The notes under the pieces are model-generated. The model had not been told where the DNA came from. It saw only the letters and a program-made list of their open reading frames with translations, and made no database searches. Below are positions 30,286 through 38,842 of a DNA stretch of 64,000 nt, one piece after another. Source of the DNA: Fibrobacterota bacterium (lineage in GTDB: Bacteria > Fibrobacterota > Fibrobacteria > UBA11236); assembly GCA_043753995.1 (NCBI GenBank), contig JAYUVP010000304.1:15032-79031 (forward strand), written 5' to 3'. Positions within the stretch are counted from its first letter, which is position 1; each line of letters begins with the position of its first letter. Position numbers and translations under genes: made by a program.

Positions 30286-32959
30286 AATCGCCCGCTCTTT
30301 CGGTCTTAGCTTAACCCCCAAGGGCGATGACCACTTCACCCGCTGCCCCTTCCATCACGACGACACGCCGTCACTCTCGCTCAATGCCAAAAAGGGACTC
30401 TTCCATTGCTTCGGCTGCGGGGCCAAGGGCAATGCCATACAGTTCGTGCAGAAAATGGAAGGGCTGACTTTCCCCGAGGCTTTCAAGAAGGTGGCGGGTA
30501 ATCGTGCCACACCCGAAGCCGCCACACTCGTGAGCCCAATGCCCGCAAGTCCCCTAGCCGCATCTGCCTCAAGGCTCATCACCCAAGCCCTCTCCCGCAT
30601 GCGTCTTTGCCTCGAAGAAACGCCCAAGGTGCTCGAATACCTCACGCAAACGAGGGGCCTTGCCTTCTTGCTCAACCGGCAAAGCCGTGAGGCTGTCGGC
30701 GCGGGCTTTTGCCCCGAAGATTTCGGCATACGGCTGGATGCCAGGGCCAAGAAAGAATTGACCGCCGCCGGGCTTCTGACGCCCGAAGGCTTTCCGCATT
30801 TCGCGGGCTGCGTGGTCTTTCCGCTTCGCGATGTTAACGGGGAGGTTACCGGCCTTTACGGCCGCAAGATTGCGGGCGACGGCCACTTCTACCAGAAGGG
30901 CGAGCGGCGGGGCTTGTTTGCCTTGCATGGCGGCGGAGGCAGTGACAGCAACGGCAGCAATGGCGGGCTCTTCATCGCCGAATCGGTGATCGATGCGCTC
31001 AGCTTGCATCAAATGGGCGCTTCATCGGTGTTGGCCTTGCATGGTGTTAACGGCTTCACGCCCGCGCATGAGGCTTATATCAAGGCTCGCGCTCAAGATG
31101 GCCTTGGCTTATACCTCGTGCTCGATGGCGACCGGGCGGGCCGTGAAGCCTCGGTCAAACTCGCCGAGCGCATCAAGGCCATGGGACTTTTGGCGCATAT
31201 CCTCGAAATGCCCGAAGGAAAAGATCCCAACAGTTTTCTTTTAGCCGCACAAGCCGCCAGCCCACGCACTTTGAAAGACTTGCAGTCCCTTACAGGTTAC
31301 CCCAAGCCGCACGCGCCCGCCATAAGCCTGCGCCGCGACGGTGATAGCTTCATCGCCCTTACGCCCCTGCGCCGCTATGTCATCACCGGCCTTACCGCCC
31401 ATGGTTTCGACCGCCTCCGGGTCACCCTCAAATGCATTTGCCTCAAGAGCCCCGGCATATTCCATATCGACAGTCTCGATCTCTATGCGGCCCGTGCCCG
31501 CGCCTCTTTTGCCGAAGACGCCGCCGCCGAGTTGAAGCATAAAGAAGCCGACATCGCCGCCGAACTCAAGACCTTAATTCCCTTGCTCGAAGAAGCCCGC
31601 TTAAGCCTTGCGAACAGCACGCAAGAGGCGGCAGTGCCCACCATGAGCGAAGCGGAAAAGGCCGAGGCCTTGGCGGCCTTGAAGTCGCCGACCTTGATAG
31701 CCGATCTCATCAAGAATTTCGAGGCTATGGGGCTTGTGAGCGATGAGAAAGCCAAGCTCCTCGGCTATCTCGGCACGGTGTCGCGCCTGCTCGAAATGCC
31801 CTTGGGCATGCTCATCATTTCACGTTCGGGCGCGGGCAAGACGGCTTTGCAAGATGCCATTTGCGCCTTGGTGCCCGGCGAGCACGTGATCAAATACACC
31901 CGCCTCACGGGCCAAGCCCTCTTCTATAAGGAGCGCGACGGACTCAAGTACAAAGTCTTAGCCATCGAAGAAGAAGACGGCATGAGCGCCGCGAAATATT
32001 CGATACGCACCCTCGCCAGCTCGCAGCGGCTCACCGTGGCCACCACCCGAAGCGATCCCAAAACCGGCAAGCTCAAGACCGATGAATACTTGGTCGAAGG
32101 CCCGGTCTTCATCCTCATCGCCACCACCAACCCCGACGCGCTGGACGCCGAGACGCGCAGCCGCTTCATCATCTTGACCATAGACGAGAGCCCCGAGCAG
32201 ACGCGGCGCATCATGGAATCGCGCAAGCTGAGCTACACCTTGGAAGGCAGGCGCAAGCATCGGGCGGGAAGAAAAACGCTGTCGCATTACCACAACATGC
32301 AGCGCTTGCTTAAGCCCATCGAGGTGGTGAACCCTTTTACGCCTTATATCGATTACCCCTTCGACCGCCTGCAAATGCGCCGCGAGTTCGGCAAGTACAT
32401 GGCCCTCATCAATGCGATAACCCTTTTGCATCAGCATCAGCGCGAGGTGAAGCATGATCTTGATGACGGCAGCAATACGCCCTATATCGAAACCACGGTC
32501 GAAGACATCGCCTTGGCCAATGAGCTTGTGCTTGAGTTCTTTCCTAATTCGCTCGATGAATTAGCCCCGCATACCCGCAATCTCGCAGCCGAGGTGATGA
32601 AGCTCATCGAGAAGAGCGGCGGCGACACTCGCTTCACCCGCAAGGCCTTGCGTGACTTCTGCGGCTGGACGGATTGGAGCATACGCCAAGGGTTAGAACA
32701 GCTTGTGATCCTTGGTTATATCATCAAGACCATGGCGCAAAACGGCCTTTGCAATACTTATGAACTGGTGATAGACCCTTGCGGAGAAGACCGCAGCTCA
32801 CTCTTTCTCACTTCACCCGACGAATTGCGCAAACGCCTGGAAGCGGCTAGGGCTGAGGCCAGGACGGCGGGGAAGGTGGCCACTCTATCGCCGAACCTTG
32901 TGCCGATGAAAAACGGCGGCGAGGCGGCTAAAAGAAAAACCACTGGGGGCCGGTCATGA
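30230..32959 (+). CDS. DNA primase (CHC2 zinc finger + Toprim) fused to a P-loop ATPase/helicase
   Basis: CPFHxDxTPS...CFGC; Toprim ESVIDALS and LDGDRAG; Walker A SGAGKT; Walker B LAIEE. Confidence 0.88.
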   Translation: MPIPEALLQKVKAETNLLEIARSFGLSLTPKGDDHFTRCPFHHDDTPSLSLNAKKGLFHCFGCGAKGNAIQFVQKMEGLTFPEAFKKVAGNRATPEAATLVSPMPASPLAASASRLITQALSRMRLCLEETPKVLEYLTQTRGLAFLLNRQSREAVGAGFCPEDFGIRLDARAKKELTAAGLLTPEGFPHFAGCVVFPLRDVNGEVTGLYGRKIAGDGHFYQKGERRGLFALHGGGGSDSNGSNGGLFIAESVIDALSLHQMGASSVLALHGVNGFTPAHEAYIKARAQDGLGLYLVLDGDRAGREASVKLAERIKAMGLLAHILEMPEGKDPNSFLLAAQAASPRTLKDLQSLTGYPKPHAPAISLRRDGDSFIALTPLRRYVITGLTAHGFDRLRVTLKCICLKSPGIFHIDSLDLYAARARASFAEDAAAELKHKEADIAAELKTLIPLLEEARLSLANSTQEAAVPTMSEAEKAEALAALKSPTLIADLIKNFEAMGLVSDEKAKLLGYLGTVSRLLEMPLGMLIISRSGAGKTALQDAICALVPGEHVIKYTRLTGQALFYKERDGLKYKVLAIEEEDGMSAAKYSIRTLASSQRLTVATTRSDPKTGKLKTDEYLVEGPVFILIATTNPDALDAETRSRFIILTIDESPEQTRRIMESRKLSYTLEGRRKHRAGRKTLSHYHNMQRLLKPIEVVNPFTPYIDYPFDRLQMRREFGKYMALINAITLLHQHQREVKHDLDDGSNTPYIETTVEDIALANELVLEFFPNSLDELAPHTRNLAAEVMKLIEKSGGDTRFTRKALRDFCGWTDWSIRQGLEQLVILGYIIKTMAQNGLCNTYELVIDPCGEDRSSLFLTSPDELRKRLEAARAEARTAGKVATLSPNLVPMKNGGEAAKRKTTGGRS

Positions 32960-32977
32960 CGGCGGCAGGCTTGGCCC

Positions 32978-33033
32978 ACCCTGTGAACCCTGAGGCACCC
33001 TGTGAGACCCTGTGTGAAAAGAAGTCACAGGGT
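32978..33033. repeat. Iteron-like ACCCTG(TGA) repeats
   Basis: Direct copies at 32978, 32987, 32997 and 33007; inverted TCACAGGGT at 33025-33033. Confidence 0.6.
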
Positions 33034-33133
33034 TTAAACCCTTTTGTTTCCGGGCCTTACGGTCGCTTTTACACCACCCTGCGGGCTTTTCGGTAAAAGG
33101 TGGGTGGGGGTGCGAAAAACGAGGGTAAAGCCG

Positions 33134-34135
33134 ATGCAAAGCGGCATGAATGCGACCCTGCCCCCGGCTTTTACCGGCCTTTCGCTTCGCTTTCGTCTCT
33201 GCCTTGAGCGCTATCGTGAGCACTTGGAGGCCAAGGGTCATTCATCGCATACCGTGCGCAGCTACACCCACACGGCCAAAGACGTACTAGGGTATTTGGC
33301 TGGCTTTCATATCGAGACCTTACGAGAGGTCTTGCCGCAACACCTGCACGCCTATCAAAACAGCCTCATGGAAACAAGGTCAAGCGGCAAGCCCCGCAGC
33401 CTACGCACCGTAACCTTGCGGTTAACCGAGGTGCGGGCCTTCTTCGCCTACCTGCATGCCCAAGGCGAAATCCTGCTCAACTCGTCTTTAAGCCTGGTCC
33501 TGCCCAAGGCGCAAAAACGCTTGCCGCGTTTCGTGCCGCCGGTTAACGACATGGCAAGCCTCATCGAAGCGCCGATTTTGGACGGGCCTTTGGGCCTAAG
33601 AGATCGGGCCATATTGGAATTGCTTTACTCATGCGGATTAAGAAGCAGTGAGGCCCGCGCCATGGAGGTCGCCGATCTCGACATGCGGAGCCGGGTTCTC
33701 TTCGTGAGAGGCAAGGGCGGCAAAGATGCCCTGGTGCCTTTCGGCAAGACGGCGGCCAAGGCCTTGGTCAATTACTTGCACCATGGCCGCCCCAAGCTCA
33801 CTGGCAAAGGCGGTGATGCACAGCCTTACCTCTTTCTCAGCAAGAGTGGCCGCAGCATCACTTCACAAAATTTGCTCGACATGGTGCGGCGTCATGCGAA
33901 GGCTTTGAACCTGCAAGGCAATATTTCGCCGCATGGTTTGCGGCATGCGTGCGCCACCCACCTTTTGCAAAACGGCGCCGATATACGGCACATTCAAAAG
34001 CTCTTGCGGCATAGCAGTCTCAACACCACTCAGATTTACACCCGCCTTTGCATCGACGATTTGAAAACAGCGCAAGAGCGCTACCACCCGCGTGAAAAAA
34101 TCGCTGCAAAAACCGATGCCGAAATCAGCGCATGA
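33134..34135 (+). CDS. Xer-like tyrosine recombinase 1
   Basis: SAM-like N-terminus; GLRxSE, GKGGK, HGLRH, LLRH, TTQIY; C-terminal YHPR. Confidence 0.92.
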   Translation: MQSGMNATLPPAFTGLSLRFRLCLERYREHLEAKGHSSHTVRSYTHTAKDVLGYLAGFHIETLREVLPQHLHAYQNSLMETRSSGKPRSLRTVTLRLTEVRAFFAYLHAQGEILLNSSLSLVLPKAQKRLPRFVPPVNDMASLIEAPILDGPLGLRDRAILELLYSCGLRSSEARAMEVADLDMRSRVLFVRGKGGKDALVPFGKTAAKALVNYLHHGRPKLTGKGGDAQPYLFLSKSGRSITSQNLLDMVRRHAKALNLQGNISPHGLRHACATHLLQNGADIRHIQKLLRHSSLNTTQIYTRLCIDDLKTAQERYHPREKIAAKTDAEISA

Positions 34136-35147
34136 GAATGCCCGCCTTGGTGAACTCGGCGGTTTTTTAGAAGGCTATCTCTTTTCTTTTAGCCGCGAAA
34201 GCCGCCAAGGTTTTTCGCTTTTGTCGCACCCGTCTTCGTCACAATCGTCTGCTAGGCTATCGCATGCGAAGAGCACGGCTTTGCACCTGCATTACACCTT
34301 GGGGCTCTTTCTTAAAAACATGCGGGCCATGGGCTGCGAAGCGCCGTCAGACATGCAGGCCGAGCACATCACGCGGTATTTCGCGGGCATGCGGAATAGG
34401 CGACCCGCCACCTTGGCTTATCATCGCTGGGCCATACAGGATTTCTTCGCGTGGCTTATTGAGCGGGGTTATTTGCTCATCAGCCCATGGCCGGAAAGTC
34501 TTGCACTCAAAACCCCGCCGCCGTATCCGCGCCTCATTTTACCGCCGCAAGAAATTCTCGGGCGGTTTGCGGCCGTCACGGGGGCCGCTGGTGATGACGA
34601 TAGGAAGAGCGGCACGCCGCTGGCCCTAAGAGACCGCGCAATTCTGGAAATCGCCTACGGCCTGGGACTACGCATGAGCGAATTGTGCCGCTTGAATGTG
34701 GGCGATATTCGCGGCGACCTGCTTTTCGTGCGGGGCAAGTTCGGCAAAGAGCGCATGATGCCGCTAGGGCTTTCGGCGTCTGAGTCACTTGCGCGTTACC
34801 TCGCCTTATCTCGCCCTATACTCAAGGCCCGTCAAAAAGCCGAGACGCAAGCCGCCGGGTATCCGTTGGAATCAAGCGACCCGCTTTTCCTTTCACGCTG
34901 CGGAACGCGGCTATTGCCCGGCGGTTATGAATGGCTCATGAAGCGGTGTCGCAAGGCCATGCCGGGGCGTTTCTCAATGCACGGTTTGCGGCACGCTTTC
35001 GCAACCCACATGCTTGAAGGCGGCGCACCCTTGCCGGTGATACAAGCCTTGCTCGGACACGAGAAAATGGAAACGACCTCACGCTATGCCCATGTAAGCG
35101 TGAAAGCGCTTCGAGAAGTTCTAGACCGGTGCCACCCAAGAGCGTAG
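34116..35147 (+). CDS. Xer-like tyrosine recombinase 2
   Basis: GLRMSE, GKFGKER, HGLRH, LLGH, TTSRY; C-terminal HPRA; overlaps recombinase 1. Confidence 0.92.
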   Translation: MPKSAHENARLGELGGFLEGYLFSFSRESRQGFSLLSHPSSSQSSARLSHAKSTALHLHYTLGLFLKNMRAMGCEAPSDMQAEHITRYFAGMRNRRPATLAYHRWAIQDFFAWLIERGYLLISPWPESLALKTPPPYPRLILPPQEILGRFAAVTGAAGDDDRKSGTPLALRDRAILEIAYGLGLRMSELCRLNVGDIRGDLLFVRGKFGKERMMPLGLSASESLARYLALSRPILKARQKAETQAAGYPLESSDPLFLSRCGTRLLPGGYEWLMKRCRKAMPGRFSMHGLRHAFATHMLEGGAPLPVIQALLGHEKMETTSRYAHVSVKALREVLDRCHPRA

Positions 35148-35168
35148 GCGACCCGAGCGCGGGAATCA

Positions 35169-35423
35169 TCACGTAAAATTCAGATTGACGCTGAATGCGT
35201 ATCTGAGGGCGACGGTTTGCCACCTATTCCGAATATCTGAGCCAATGGTTGATGGGTTTCCGTTGCCCACTGGTTTTTTGAGGGTGAACACATACATACC
35301 GCTCAAGTGTTCGCGCAGATCTACCGCAATGCCAATTTCACCCATGCTGGTTTTGATGTTTTTGACAATTTCATGGATGCATGCCTTGTTTATCGCGATT
35401 ATATCTGTCGTACACGTCACCAT
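35169..35423 (-). CDS. Small hypothetical protein
   Basis: 84-aa ORF in an AT-richer patch; overlapping + strand ORF makes the call uncertain. Confidence 0.3.
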   Translation of the reverse strand: MVTCTTDIIAINKACIHEIVKNIKTSMGEIGIAVDLREHLSGMYVFTLKKPVGNGNPSTIGSDIRNRWQTVALRYAFSVNLNFT

Positions 35424-35743
35424 AAGTAGATCCTTTGTGACTTATCGTTACCATGCTTGCATTATGTTTCGAGCCAATCAAGTTGGCGGGGTCTTTCGCG
35501 CCTTTGCGGTGCTGTTAGGTTTCTCTTTGTCCTGACAGGCCAAGGCTTTGCATTTGATGCGAGGCCACGGCCAAACGGAGTTTGTCCCGCCGCCGCCTCG
35601 CTTGACATTCTTTGCGCCATCGCCTGCCATGGGTTCACATCACCGCAAGCACGCTTTGGCGGCTTTCATCAAATCCGCCAAAGCGTGCGCGTCATTGCCG
35701 GCGGGCCGCTCGCCCTTCCTGTTCGCTTCTGCTTCGAGGCGAG

Positions 35744-35824
35744 CTTTTACATAATGACGTTTACGCAAACCCTGTCGGGTGCGGCCGCACGGCGGCCTTC
35801 GCGTAAAGCGGCATTATGCAAACC
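35744..35824. other. Composite dif-like site 1 (two inverted Xer-type sites; ssDNA hairpin)
   Basis: Minus strand GGTTTGCGTAA-ACGTCA-TTATGTAAAAG (6-bp spacer); plus strand CCTTCGCGTAA-AGCGGCA-TTATGCAAACC (7-bp spacer). Confidence 0.75.
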
Positions 35825-35944
35825 AGCCGGTTCCACATACGCCCGCTAGGGCGGGCTATGCCATGTCGCGGCGCGAAAGCCCCCTTTGCGCACCCCTGGT
35901 GGTTAGATTTCATCCACTGTCACTCATCAAGGATGAATTCGGAT

Positions 35945-36595
35945 ATGCTTCGATTTGGAAAATTTGTCGTGTTCTCAGGAATGATTTGCTTGCTTGCATT
36001 ATCAGGTTGCAATGACCCGAAATCAGCTTCAAAAGAAAATTTCAAAAAGGCTCTTCAAGTCTATTACGATGCCCACCCTTTGATTGTCACTCAAATTTGG
36101 CTGACGCTGCCGGTGATTGAGGGCAGTTCGGCGTATAAAACGAATGAAGAATTTGTGACGTTTTTCGCCTCGGTCGGCTACTTGGAAGGCCGTGACACGG
36201 TTGCCGAAATTGATTCTGTCGGATATTTGGAAGGACACTTTGCGCGTGTCAATATCAAAATCAAGCGCCCCACAAAAGTTTGGCAATTGACCGAAGAGGG
36301 AAAAAAGAATTTCATAACCACGTCAAACCCTTTGGTTGGTTCGGTAGGTGGTTTCAGATGGGCCGATGTTCAGGTTAAGGACGTGGAGTCGTTCACCGAA
36401 CCGGCGGACATGATGGGCAAGCGTGTAAGCGAGGCAACCTATTCGATCACCCTTGTGAATGAAAAACCTTGGGTCAACCAAATCAAGGGGAAAAGGGGGT
36501 TCGCTGCCAACTTTATGTACCTCGACCAAATTGGCGCTGCAAGAAAATCGAGTTTGGTTCTGACTTCGGACGGATGGGTTGACGCAAGGCAGTAA
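35945..36595 (+). CDS. Hypothetical lipoprotein between the two composite sites
   Basis: Lipobox LSGC; AT-richer than its GC-rich flanks. Confidence 0.75.
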   Translation: MLRFGKFVVFSGMICLLALSGCNDPKSASKENFKKALQVYYDAHPLIVTQIWLTLPVIEGSSAYKTNEEFVTFFASVGYLEGRDTVAEIDSVGYLEGHFARVNIKIKRPTKVWQLTEEGKKNFITTSNPLVGSVGGFRWADVQVKDVESFTEPADMMGKRVSEATYSITLVNEKPWVNQIKGKRGFAANFMYLDQIGAARKSSLVLTSDGWVDARQ

Positions 36596-37081
36596 ATCCA
36601 GGACTTGGGCGTCCGCGTAGCGGAAACCCATTTCGGTACTCTTTTCCGCTGCCACCATCATTTTCAAATGGCTTCCCAAGCATTGAAATTCTGTGTTCAT
36701 CGACCTTGGGCTTCCGCGCAGCGGAAGACCAAGGCCACAAGCAAGCACTAGGCCGCTACAGCGTGGCGGCGTCTCATGCGCGTGCGGGGTACGGCTCCAC
36801 ACGCGCCAGCCCGCACCGCCGCCGTCATATACGGGTTACCCTCTCGTTTGGCCTTCCTCTCCCGCTGTCTCATGACTCGCCCGTGCCTCGACATTTGGTC
36901 CTTGCTTGCGACAGGACTCGGGGATTAGGCCGCTCGCTTCGCGAGACGTCCTAACCCCCGAGTTCGTCGGAACGCCTCGTAGCATTGTCCACTCTCCAGG
37001 GAATAGGGTGGGTGGCGCGCTAGGCGACCCTAAGCCCCTTGGCGGCTTAATGCCCACAGGGCCGCCAAGGGGATTGCGGCA

Positions 37082-37149
37082 AGTTTGCATAATCACGACT
37101 TAAACGAACCCCGTCAACCGGGGTTTGAGTAAGTCGGATTATGTAAAGC
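37082..37149. other. Composite dif-like site 2, inverted relative to site 1
   Basis: Minus strand GGTTCGTTTAA-GTCGTGA-TTATGCAAACT (7-bp spacer); plus strand GGTTTGAGTAA-GTCGGA-TTATGTAAAGC (6-bp spacer). Confidence 0.75.
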
Positions 37150-37412
37150 CGCCCGCGAAGCGTGCGGCGGACTTGGCGTTGGGTCGCCAGCCCTTGGGGT
37201 GCGGGGAGCGCGGAGCACACCAAGGGCTTGACGCAGTATGCGCGGTGCCGTCATGAATGCCAAAGTGGCGGACGGTCGCCGGGCTTGCCCGGCGGTGGTC
37301 TGCCACCATGCTAGGCACGGCGCAGGATGCGGCAAAGCGCGGGGGGATGGGAGGAGGACAGGGAATCTCCTGGTTATCTTTCGTGTTACCTCGTTATACC
37401 CGGAGTCTTTAC

Positions 37413-37865
37413 ATGGATTGGCGCAGCGTCATGCGTATTGTCTATGCTGCATCGCTGGCTTTCGTTGGCTTGTTCTTCCTTGCCGTCATGCTGGCGCAAA
37501 TCGAGGTGGCTAAACAAATTGCGAAGCTCCCGGTACTCTCATTCAGCATGATGTCCTTGCTTTGGCTATCGCCGGGCGTGTTGGCCGTGCTGTCGGCTTG
37601 GCGTCTATGGTCCGCTAAAGGGGCGGCGCTCGTCTTTTGGGCTTCGGTGAGTCCGGCTTATGTCCTTGCACGCTTTTGGGCGCATCAGCGCCCCGCATGG
37701 CTTGGCGGCATGGTTCACGGCGAATGGGGGTTGGCTTCGGCCATGAGCGGCGGCCCCGACAAGATGCTGGCGGCAGTGATATGGCTTGCCATGCTCATCC
37801 TAGGGCTTGGGGGCTTATTCGCCGTTGCCGCCTTCTTTTTCCCTAAAGGCAATCCTAAGCCCTAG
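37413..37865 (+). CDS. Hypothetical membrane protein (~4 TM)
   Basis: GGAG RBS before ATG 37413; four hydrophobic segments. Confidence 0.6.
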   Translation: MDWRSVMRIVYAASLAFVGLFFLAVMLAQIEVAKQIAKLPVLSFSMMSLLWLSPGVLAVLSAWRLWSAKGAALVFWASVSPAYVLARFWAHQRPAWLGGMVHGEWGLASAMSGGPDKMLAAVIWLAMLILGLGGLFAVAAFFFPKGNPKP

Positions 37866-37910
37866 AGTGGGGGGTCAAAAAAAGAGCCTTATACGATTTT
37901 TTGGACCTCT

Positions 37911-37950
37911 GTAGGTGATAATGGAAATCATCACCTATGTGCTTTCGGGA
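37911..37950 (+). repeat. attR-like junction, near-palindromic 11-6-11 site
   Basis: GTAGGTGATAA-TGGAAA-TCATCACCTAT; arms match 9/11 as inverted repeats. Confidence 0.8.
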
Positions 37951-38460
37951 GCTCTGGAGCATCGCGACTCGCTGGGCAATGGCGGTCTCCTGAAACGCGA
38001 TACCGTGCAACGCATGCGCGCGGGCACGGGCATACGCCATAGCGAAGCCAATCCCGATTCCAATAAGCCCTTGCATCTGTTTCAAATCTGGATTTTGCCC
38101 CAGGTCAAGAATCTTTCGCCGGCCTATGAAGATCGGTATTTCGATCCGCAGGGCGCGCTTGGCAAGTGGCAATTGCTGGCTTCGAAGGATGGCCGCGAAG
38201 GCAGTTTAGATATCGCTCAGGATGCGAGCTTATGGCGGGTGTTTTTGCGGCCAGGCGAAGAGGTATCGCTCACGTTACCTGAGGGCGAAGGCCACGCCTT
38301 TCTACAATTGGCGAGCGGCGAAGCCGAGGTCAGCACGGTGGGCGAAGGAGAGGCGGCGGCTACACTCAAGGGGAGTGATGCCGCCGCGATGAGCCAAGTG
38401 AGGAGCGTGAAGGTGAAAGCACTGCAAGCCACCGAGGCCTTATTATTCGGGTTGAGATAG
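37921..38460 (+). pseudogene. yhhW: Displaced 3' fragment of pirin
   Basis: Starts at MEIITYV, lacks the first 61 codons including the HxH metal ligands; about 80-85% aa identity to the same part of 19050-19787 by manual count. Confidence 0.85.
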
Positions 38461-38470
38461 GCCTTGCAAA

Positions 38471-38812
38471 TTATTCCTTAGAAGGAAACTGCGACGCGAT
38501 CCAACCCACTACGGTGACAACGAGCCAACCCAATACAGCGGGCCATAGTCCGTCTATGGTAAATCCCGGTAATAGCCAGGCCACCAAGCCCAACATGGCC
38601 GCATTGATCACGATTAAGAAAAGTCCCAAAGTGATCACGGTGATAGGAAAGGTGAGTAAGATGAGCACCGGTTTCACCACCGCGCTTACCACGCCAAAGA
38701 GGATTGAGGCTAGGATTAAGGTCCCCCATCCCTCGACTCGGAATCCTGGTATCAGATAGGCCGCGAGCCACAAGCTCAGGGCGACGACTAAAAAACGGAT
38801 GAGTATGGACAT
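38471..38812 (-). CDS. 4-TM phage-holin-family (YvlD-like) membrane protein
   Basis: VKPVLILLTFPITVITLGLFLIVINA motif. Confidence 0.85.
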   Translation of the reverse strand: MSILIRFLVVALSLWLAAYLIPGFRVEGWGTLILASILFGVVSAVVKPVLILLTFPITVITLGLFLIVINAAMLGLVAWLLPGFTIDGLWPAVLGWLVVTVVGWIASQFPSKE

Positions 38813-38842
38813 GTTACCTACTTCCGAAGCTGTAGTTGCCGA

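Larger units (their letters stand above)
19233..37950. mobile_element. Integrative island (~18.7 kb) inserted in the pirin gene
   Basis: Identical 30-bp direct repeat ATGGAAATCATCACCTATGTGCTTTCGGGA at 19233 and 37921, continuing as diverged pirin homology; encodes a primase-ATPase and two tyrosine recombinases. Confidence 0.85.

Noticed and set aside
35744..35771. The chromosomal dif site
   Set aside because: Four dif-like copies with different spacers lie inside an island; a true dif is single-copy
35145..37030. 10-bp direct repeat TAGGCGACCC at 35145 and 37021
   Set aside because: Too short to distinguish from chance without comparative data
37871..37909. Imperfect inverted repeat GGTCAAAAAA..TTTTTTGGACC just inside attR as a transposon end
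   Set aside because: No partner end or transposase; may be a terminator or accessory site but unsupported
38471..38812. Holin as evidence of a prophage
   Set aside because: This 4-TM family is commonly chromosomal; it lies outside attR with no endolysin or structural genes
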